DNA from: Salpingoeca rosetta
Taxonomy: Eukaryota; Protista; Choanoflagellata
Assembly: GCA_033442325.1 (NCBI GenBank)
Contig: JAWQFM010000014.1
Span: 705,445-769,444 of the forward strand
Length of the DNA: 64,000 nt
Direction: 5' to 3'
Of this stretch, positions 49,752 through 60,000 are shown in pieces (the stretch's first letter is position 1; each line of letters starts with the position of its first letter). The notes under the pieces were generated by a model. It worked only from the letters and a program-made list of their open reading frames with translations. It was not told the origin of the DNA and did not search any database. The translations under genes were made by a program, and so were the position numbers.

Positions 49752-51054
49752 CACACACACACACGCCACAGCACTCGCGCCGACTTGATGCAGTGACTCG
49801 TGAATCATGCACTCCACCACCACAACAACAACAGCGTTCCACACCACAACAAGCACAACTGCAAGACACTGCACACACACGCACACACACGCCTACACGC
49901 ACCGCACCTTCCTGTCCGCTTCCCAAACTCACGTGATTGGGCGTGTCGAGAAAAGCACACAACAGTGAACAAGAAGGCAACAACAGCAGAGTGGCTGGGC
50001 AGCTGTCGGGGATGAAGCGGCTGCAACGAGAGAACACACGCACAAACACACGCACACACGCGCACACACTGGCAGGCGACTGAGAGACTGAAAGGAGGGA
50101 GGGCTGCTGGATATGGGCGCGAGTTGGGGTGGTGGGTTGGATGTTCGCGCGTTTGCAGTTTTGCAGCTCTTCTTTGTGTTGCTTGCTTGCTTGCTTGTGT
50201 GTTTGTGTGGTGCGATTTTCTGCTGTATTTTCAAGCAATTGCACACACCATACAACTCGCACACAAAGTCGTTTTGAGAATCGTGCGCATTAGTGCCCAC
50301 AAGCGTATCCACCAGCTTTCCTCCCAGCAAAGCCAGCTTGGGCTGCTTGCTGGCGTTTGCGCTGCCGCTTCTCCCACACACAACAACACAAACATACGAC
50401 GACCACCACCACACACCCCTTCTTCCCTCTCCCTCTTCAGCACGTCAGCGCTTCGTTTCAGGGCTGCTGCCGCTGCTGCTGTTCTTGGTGCTGTTCAACC
50501 AAGACAGGCAGAGAGAGCCGCAAGGAGAGAGTGCGCGCACACTCTTTCCCTTTGCTCCCTTGAGCGTGCGTGTGAAGGACACCGTGTGTGCGTGTGTCCT
50601 GCGCTGAAGCTCAAACACAAACGCTGAGACACAAAAGCAACAGAGAGGATACACGCAGTGAAGACGGTACGATGTGCAGCTACGCCACTGCTTATTGTTT
50701 GGATTTGGATCTGTCTTGCTTTGCTTGCGTGTGCACAAGCTGGAGTTTGACGTGAGCGCATGCGAGCACGAGCGCGGAGTTGGGGCGGGGGGCTGGCTTG
50801 TGCGCTGGTGCTTATGTCCACACGCACGTTTTGTTTGTCCAGATGCCTTGCTGGCGTTTGTTCGGACGCTCACATACGCACACGCATGTACACAAACATA
50901 CACCACGCAAACGCCACGCACAATACCCACAACTCACACACACACACACACGCACACACACGCACGCACGCACAACCCCCACAACACACACGCAATCCTA
51001 CACCAACACGCACACGCACACACCAACACACCGCCAACGTGACGCACGATACAG

Positions 51055-54000
51055 ATGATGGGGCTGCAAGGGAGGCCTGAGCCTCCCTCCTCAGCGGCAC
51101 GATGCACAGTGTGGTGGTGGCTGGGTGCCACCCTGCTCACCTCGCTAGTGCTGATGCCAGCAAGCGGTGCACACGGCACCATTGTTATCCAAGGCCCCGC
51201 CGTGCAGACACTGGAGGGCGGCTCCGCATACAGAGACGCTGCCCTGTGCAACCACGACCCCGTGAAGAAACCCTTCTGTGCCTACAAACAAGGCGGCCGA
51301 TCTGATGGCCAGGACATCACCATCACCGGCCTCCCGCTCCAGTGCAGCACAACCACCGGCGCGTGCACCGTCACCGCGCCAACGGCGCAGTGCTTCACAG
51401 ACGCAGACTGCCAAACCACGTCCCTGCTGGTCGATGGTGTTCCAGCCACAAACCCGGACGAGCCAGCCGCCATCGTCTACAACATGGGCCGCTACGTCAT
51501 CACCTTCAAGGTCAACGGTAACAGCGAATCCTGCACGTACGAGAACCCAGGCACCAAGGAGCCCGGGCAGCCCGACTGCACGCGCATCCTCTACGTCCGC
51601 GACAGAACCCCGCCGGTCATCACCCTGATCGGCGACAAGACCGTTGTCCTGCAAGGTGGCGAGGAGTTCTCCGACCCGGGCGCCACCGGCCATGACGTCG
51701 TTGACGGCGCCATGGACTACATTGCCGACCCGCCCTGCCCCGTGGAGCGGGACGGTGACGGCAACATTGTCAAGTTTATCGGCTCCCCCGGCCAAATCTG
51801 CCGCTTTGTCACCACCGCGGACCTTGTCATTGACAACAAGGAAATCAAGAACCAGACCATCTACTACATTGCCCTGGACACCACCCTCAACTACCGCCAG
51901 GTGGAGCGCACCATCGTGCTGGAAGACACCATCCCGCCCGTCATGACCCTGTGCGGGCCGCACGACGTGGTTGGCGACTCCTCGCACGAGGCCGGCCAGG
52001 AGTACATCGACGCCTGGTGCACCCCAAAGGACAACCCCTGCCTCATGCCAAAGGACCGCCAGCTCACCATGCAGGAGTGTGAGGCAAAGTCGCAGTGCAT
52101 GTGGATTGCCGGCGCATCGCTGGACGTGGACGGCTTCTGCCACCTCAAGACGAGCCCTTGCTTTGGCATCCGCGACGAGAACGACTGCAACGCAGACTCG
52201 GACTGCACCTGGTGCCCGCGCGGCGTCACCGCGTTTGACATTGTCGACGCCAACCCAACAGACGCCATCAAGGTCAACAACCCGGTTGACTCGCAGTCCC
52301 TCGGCATCTACACCATCACCTACACGCTCGCTGACGAGAACGGCAACGTGGCCACCCCGGTCACCCGCCGCGTGCGCGTGCGCGACACCACCGCGCCCGC
52401 CATCACCCTCCTCGGAGACAGCGAGGTGGAGGTGGAGGGCGCCACCTTCTACTTTGAGCGCTTCGCCACGGCCTCCGACTCCTTTGAAGGCGACATCACA
52501 AACCGCATCCTGCTCAAGGTGGACCGCCTGGGCAACCTCGACTGCACAAAGTCGCGCGGCTGCGGCGACCCCAACTTTGTGGACCCGTACGCCCCTGCCG
52601 GCACATCCTTCCTCCTCACATACTCCGTGGCAGACTCAAGCGGCAACTCAGACTCCATGACCAGCCGCGCCACGCGCGAGGTGACCATCATCGACACCAC
52701 CGCGCCCGTACTGCAGCTGCTGGGGCCAAACCCGCTCAACGTCGAAGGCGCCACCGTCTACACGGAGCCGGGGGCCACAGCCACGGACACGCTGGATGAC
52801 GACGACACGCTCTCGCAGTCGATCATCATTGGCGGCGACCGCGTCGACACCAACGCCCCGGCCTTCTCCTCCTTCAACATCTCCTACGATGTCAACGACG
52901 CAGCCGGCAACCCCGCGCGCTCGCTCTTCCGCGAGGTGGTGGTGGTCGACTCCACCCCGCCCGAAATCTCGCTCGTGGGCGACGCCAGCATCGTTGTGGA
53001 CGCCGCACGCGACTACACGGACAAGAACGTCACCGCGGAGGACTCGCTGGACGGGCCCTACCAGTTTCTGCCGCGCTTCGCCAGCCGCATCCGCAAAGTG
53101 GTGCGCAGGCTGGACGTCAGCTGCAGCGACACGGAGTACGAGACGGCGCCACAGTCGGCTCTTGTCGCTCGCTCCTGCGCCCCGCTCACCACGTGCACCG
53201 CCGGCCAGTTTGAGAGCCTTGCGCCCACGCCAACCTCCAACCGCCAGTGCCAGGGCACGCGCGCGCCGTGTGCACTTGGCCAGGACTACGAGATTCGCGC
53301 GCCCACGCCCACGTCCGACCGCGTGTGCGAGGACTGCAGCGGGGCTCGCCAGCAGCTGGCGCCACGCTCCCTCTACTCCATCATCAACCGCACAGACTGC
53401 TTTGACGTGAACCCGCCCAACCTCGTTGTCAACGTGACATGGCCTTCCATGCCCGAACAAGACGACCAACAGTCATCAGCCGCCAGCAACGACAACAGCG
53501 ACAACGGCACCACCACAACCACCATGAGCCCCAACACCACGCCACCGTTTGCCCACACCAAGGAGGTCAATGGCGTCGTGGTCACCACCATCTTCGTCAA
53601 CGATACAGTTGCTTGGTACTTTGACCCGTATCTGGTGGACATTGTTGCGCTGAACGGCTACTTCAACTCCAGCACGGTGTTCAACCGCTCAGACTACCTG
53701 CCACCAACACTGCCGCCACCGACCACGGCCGCCATGCAAAACCTCACCTCCACCTCCACCTCCACCACCACTGCTGCGACGACGACCACGAGCACCACAG
53801 CCGATGCCAACGCCACGACCACTGCCGCACCCGTGATCACCCCGCCGCCTCGCAACATCACCATCGAGCGCTTCGCCGTCGTGTTCACGGAGGCCGGCGA
53901 GTATGAGTACACGTCCACGCTCAACAGCTCCCTGCGCGGCGTTGTGCGGGTGATTGACCTGCCTGTCTTTGACAGCTGCGACCTGGAGGCCAGCCCGCTG

Positions 54001-57000
54001 TTCAACCCGAACGACACGGCCCGCGTCGTGCCGCTCAGGCAGGAGATTGCCGAGCTGGAGGCCTACGCGCACCTGTTTGCAGACGTGTCCCTTCCCTCCA
54101 TTGACGAGGACTACACGGGCCTGTGCCAGCGCATGAGCACCGTGTTCCTGCGCGACGTGCTGTTTGACTACGCCTTCCCGCCCGGCAGCGGCGCGCGTGC
54201 AGGGCAGCTGCAGCAGCTGCCGGCCAGCCTGCTGATTGAGGCCATTGACGAAGACCTGGGCAGGCTGGAGGCGCGCGCCGACGCAAACGCCGCCTGGCGC
54301 CGCGTTGTTGCCCCGCAGGTGCTCGCCGTGGGCGAGAACTCGCTCGTGCGCTTCATCCCATCGCCAAACCTGTACGGCCGCGCCACGTTCTCCTGGCGCA
54401 TGGTGGACGGCAGCCGCGAGGCCGACGACTTTCTCGGCACGGGCCAGGTGCAGATCCTGCCCGTCAACGACTCGCCCACCATCACGGGCAGCGCGGCCGT
54501 CAACTTTGTTGACGAAGACACGCCCGTGGACGACATCAACCCAACGCGTGTCGAGGACCTCATGGCCTCGGCCATGGACAACGACCGCATCACGGACGCA
54601 AACGTCACTATTGGTGCCGCCGTTGTGGCCGTCGACAACCGATTTGGCACCTGGCAGTTTGCCTGCCCGCCGCCAAACGTCAACGGCGGCAACAACAACC
54701 TGCAGTTCCAGGCGTTCCGTGGCGGTGTTGCGCCGGACACGACCGTGCACACGCTGCCTGCGCCCACGGTGGCCACGCTGCTCGGCCCAGAGTGCTTTTT
54801 GCGCTTTGTGCCGGAGACCAACTTCAACACGGAGTTTGACCTGACGGGCGAGCCGCGCCCGGCCTCGGACACGCCCACCATCCAGGTGCGCGCGTGGGAT
54901 CAGACGGGCGAGCGCATGTCCCAGCTACACGAGGGCGTGGACACCACGCAGGGCCCCGGCACACGCGGCAGCCCCTTCAGCGCCAACATCGCCACCGCAG
55001 GCGTCACCGTGTACCGCACAGATGACCCGCCCAACATCATCATCGCCCCTGGCGGCGCAGAGTACACGGCCACGTTTGCGCCGGGCTCCCTCACCCCCGT
55101 GGGCTTTGTGGACGACGACGCCCTTGCGCTGGAGACGCCCGATGGCCCGCTGCTGTCCGAAATTCGCATCCGCATCAGCAACGTGCAGGACGGCGGCGCC
55201 GAGGAGCTGCTGTACGAGACGACTGACACGGGCCTGGAGGTGACAGTTGAGCGCCCGCCCAACACCATCCTCGCCTTTATCCGCCTGGCCAACCGCGCGG
55301 AGTCGCGGCGTGACCAGCGCTTCTTCTTTGCCGTGCTCAGCTCCATGCGCTACATCCACCGCAACGTCAACGCCACCCGTGGCGAGCGCGTCGTCTCCGT
55401 GCAGGGCGTGCTTGGCCGCGTGCCGGGTGAGCCCGCCTTTGCCACCATCTCTGTCAACGCCGCCAACAACCCGCCCCTGCTAGACCTCAACCCGGCCCTG
55501 CGCGGCCACGACACCTTTGTTGTGTACGCATCCGACGGCACGCCGTCCACGCTCGCCCCTGCTGCGTCGCTCATTGACGAGGACAGCGACCCCATCACCG
55601 AGGTCACCATCACCATTGAGGGCGGCTTCCTCCCGCGCGAGGAGCTCCTGCTGCCCACAAACATGACCGGCGGGTACGTCGTCACCACCAGCGAAGAGGA
55701 CGGCAGCATCACCATCCGCCCAGCCCCGGGCGTGGACGCGGGCGCGCTTGATGCAGACAAGCTGGGAAGCCTGCTGCGCCAACTCGAGTACGTGTACCCG
55801 GCGCCACTGCCGCCGCCGCCGCCCGCCACCACGACGATGCCCGCTGCCAACGCCACCACAACCGTGCCCAACAACGCAACCGTGACCAGCACCGTTGCGG
55901 CGAACATGACGACGACATCAACCACCACCACGACCACAACAACAACAACGACCACAACCACAACCACAACCACGCCCATGCCCATGCTCATGACCACGCG
56001 GCGCGTTGTGCTCACCGTGTCGGACGGGCGCGACAGCACGTCCTCGCGCGTGCACATCTCGCCCAGCATGGCCGAGTCCCCGCCCTACCTCGACCTGAAC
56101 GGCGAGCGGCCGGGCGTGGACACCGCCGTCACCTATTCCGAGAGCCAGGGCCTGCTTGCCCTGGCAGACTCTCCATTTGTGCTTGTGCCCGGCGGCCAGC
56201 CGCTCGCGGAGGTGCGCGTGCGCATCGCCTCGAGCCCAGACTGCCTCAACGAGCGCCTGGTGCTGCCGGACGAGATTGCAAATTCGCACTCGTTCAACTT
56301 TGCCAACTTTGACGTGTCCACGGGCAAGCTCGTGTTCCGCGGCAGTGCCACAACGGGCACGTGGGCAAACGCCATCTCCTCGGTTGCCTTCGTCTCGGAC
56401 GCAGCCACCCTCTCTGGCACGTCGCGCACCGTCGTGTTTGAGATTGTGACGGATACGGGCGTGGTGTCCAACCCGGCGCGGGTGATCATCTCGCTCACGG
56501 CGTCCAACGACGCGCCCGTGCTCAACCCCTTTGGCGGCCCGCTCTCGCTGTCCGTGACGCAGGACGTCTCCGACTGGGACAACGCTGGCTGGCCCGTGCG
56601 TTCGCTGATTGACGAGGCGCAGCCGCTGTCGTACCGCTCGCGCGCCGAGCTGCTGTCCTGCGGCACCGCCGGATGCACGCACGCCGCGGCGCAGGGCCAG
56701 TGTGCCGCCAAGGGCCTGCAGCTGTGCACGCACGCACAGGTGTGGCAGGCGTGGCCCAACTTCCCCCACCCGAACGCAGACGGCACCGGTGGCAACGAGG
56801 GCGGCGACGACGTGGTCGCCTGGCTCTCCACGCCGCAGAACGGCACGCAGAACCTCCCCTCCCTCTCTGCGCGCAGCATGCAAGTGGGCAACGTGCTGCT
56901 GGAGGATGCCTCAGCGCTGGACTCTGAGCACGCGCAGGTGCTGCACCTGTACCCGAACGCCGACGAGCCCCGCTTTGCCTTTGCCCTCAAGCGCGACAGC

Positions 57001-60000
57001 CGGCTCGGCCTCCCCCTGTGGGCGGCCTGCTGCGAGCTGCCAGAGAGCGAAGCGCCGGGCACCGCCGGCCTTGAGGCCGTGGCCGTGTTCCGCACGGCGG
57101 GCGTGACGGGCCGCGTCACCTTCCGTCAGCGCGCCCCGGGCGCCACCACGCACGTGCACTTCAACCTGCGCGGCGTCGGGCGGCAGCTGCGCGAGTACAG
57201 CATCTACGCCGGCCAGACGGCCGCGCCCACCTCTGCGGACCGCTGCGACACGGTCGGCTCCATCTTTGACCCGCTCAACCTGGGCCGGTGCGAGCAAGGG
57301 GAGGACGACGCGGCATCCTGTGCCATTGGCGACCTGTCCCGCCGCGTGGGCCAGTTTGCTTCGGACCAGTCGTACTTTGACCGCTACGTCACGGACGCCA
57401 ACTTGCCGCTCTTTGGCGACAACAGCATCATCGGGCGCTCGTTTGCCGTGCTGCGCAACGGCCGCCCCAGCGTGTGCGTGCCCATTGTGGTGAGTCGGCC
57501 GTCGCGCCAGACATATGCCACGGTTGAGATGGACGACGAGGTGCGCGGGTCCGTGGCCATGCAGCAGTTTGCCTCGCAGGACGGCACCCTCACCCAGACG
57601 CTGGTGACCACCAACCTGCGCCTGGTCAACCCGCCCTCGCTCGCGCCGCAGATTGTGGACTGGAGCCTGGTGTCCAGTGCGGACGGCACGTGCGCGGCCG
57701 CCACGCCGCTGTTTGATGTTCCGCTCCGCGTGCGCCAGCCCATGTTCACCTCCACCGCCCAGGTGTGGGCGCCCACCACCAGCGCGTGGGTGCAGCCGCT
57801 CGAGGCGCAGGCAAACCAGGGCAACGCCTCCCTCCCCGTGGCGTGGTCCACACTCGCCCTCGACCTTGAGCAAGACTCGCTGTGCCTGGATGCCATGGCC
57901 CAGCTCAACCCGCTCGTGCTGGCAGGCAGCGACGGCGACGCGGGGAGCGCCATGCCACGCCTGTGCGTGTACGTGGACGCGGACGCCAGCGCTTCAGCGT
58001 CAACGAGCGCTGGCACGTGCGATGCCGTGTGGGGCCAAGCAGGAGCGCGCCTGCGTGCTGCGTGGTGCCAGCCACCGACGTGCACGGCGGATGGGTGGTG
58101 CAGTGTGCGGGACGCATGCGTGTCGGCGTCGACTGCGTTTGGCATTGCCACACCGGGTGCTGGTACGTCCGGGAGCGCAGCTGAGGAGGCCAGCGACGCA
58201 GCCAAGGTGGCGGCGTTTATGTCTGCCGCCGTTGCTCTGCACCCGGGCACCGCCGCCGCCACAACGGCACACGAGCGCACCAGCCTGTACACGGCGCGCC
58301 GCACCATTGCCAACACCAGCACGCTGTGTGCTGGGTTCGTGCCTGGGGCGGAAGCGTGCCCCGCCAACGCGGATGCGTGCGAGGCCGGCGACTGGACGGC
58401 CCGCTACGGGCGCCTCACCCTGCAGCCCATCAACACGCGCTTCATGTCCGCGCGCAACCTGCCGTTGCTGTCGAGCAACGACGTGTCCTCTGTGCTGCCG
58501 CCCCCCGCCTTTGCCTCCACAACGCCGTCCAAGGCCTCGCTGCGCGTGCAGCGGCCAGACGGCACGTACTCGTGCGCGCCCGTGAAGGAGCAGGTGAAGC
58601 CGCGCGAGGTGATTGCCCGCGTCGACATCAACGGCATTCAGGGCTTTGTCACCTTCTATCAGGCGTCCCCAGACGCGGCCACGCAGGTGAAGGTGGAGCT
58701 GCGCGGCACGGGCCTGGCCCAGGACAACAGCCTCATCGGCGCAAAGATGACCATCACCAGCAACGCCGTGAACCTGCAGGGCCTGTCCATGTCGGAGGTG
58801 TGCAGCGATCTCGGCGATTTGTTCCACCCGGACAACACCACCCTCACTGGCACGTGCAGCGCAGGCAACCTGGCCTCCTGCAGCGTGGGCGACCTGGCTG
58901 GGAAGCATGGCGCGTTGCCCAACCAGCCGCCCTACGAACAATACTTTGAGGACAACGACCTGCCCCTGTTTGGCAAGCGCAGTATTGTGGGTCGCTCCAT
59001 TCGCCTGATGCAAGGCTCCACGCTGCTTGCGTGTGCGCCCATCCTGTACGTGGACCCCGTGCGCGTTGCACGTGCCACGCTGCACTCGCCCGTGCACGGG
59101 TACGTGACGGCGTTTCAGCTGCGCGACGAGGCCGACAAGACGCTGGGTGATGCCAGCGGCACCCACGCTGCAGAGACCATCTTCATCGTGGACGTGGCGC
59201 GCTCCGATGTCAACGCGACGCAGGGCGCCCTGGACGTCGACTGGGCCGTGCGCGAGTACGACAACGCGTGCACGTGCCAGCGGCTTGGCCCCGCCCTTGC
59301 GCTGACCACGACCGGTGAGGCCGTGGGCGACCTGTCTTCGGAGGTGGGCGGCGTGCGCATCCCAGGCAGCGGCCAGGCCAGCGCCCGCCAGGTGTTTGCC
59401 TCCACGCGCCTGTCGCTGTCCATGCTCTTGAACCAGTCGGTGTACTTCTCCAACGACGCGTGCGCGGTGTTCCGCGAGGTGCTGCCTGTTGAGCTGGTGG
59501 CCTCGTTTGACCGCGAAGATGTGCACGGCCACGTCACGCTGCGCCAGGACCACATGCTGGCGCTGACGCAGGTGACGGTGACGCTGGCTGGGCTGGAGGA
59601 CCGCGGCAACGGCATTCGCGTGGAGGACCGGCGCCTGCTGCAGACACTTGACGACGAGGGCACCCCGCAGCTCGACTGCAACAGCGGCTCCACCATCTTT
59701 GATCCCCTGAAAATTGGCCGCCTGTGCGACAACCGCCTGTTTGCCTCCTCATCAGACGTGTGCGCGCCCGGTGACCTGAGCGGCCGGCACGGCGGCGTGG
59801 ACCGCCTGCCATCTGCCCGCAACGTCTTTGACGACTACTACCTGAACCTGTACGGCCCCAGCTCGCTGGCGTCGCGCGGGCTGGTCATCACGGGCTCCAC
59901 TGTGCTGCAGCAGCTGCGCAACCGCCCCTGGATCTGCGCCAACCTCGACGCAACGGAGCCCGCCGCCGCAACGCAGGCCGCTGCCGTCTTCTCCCCGGCG

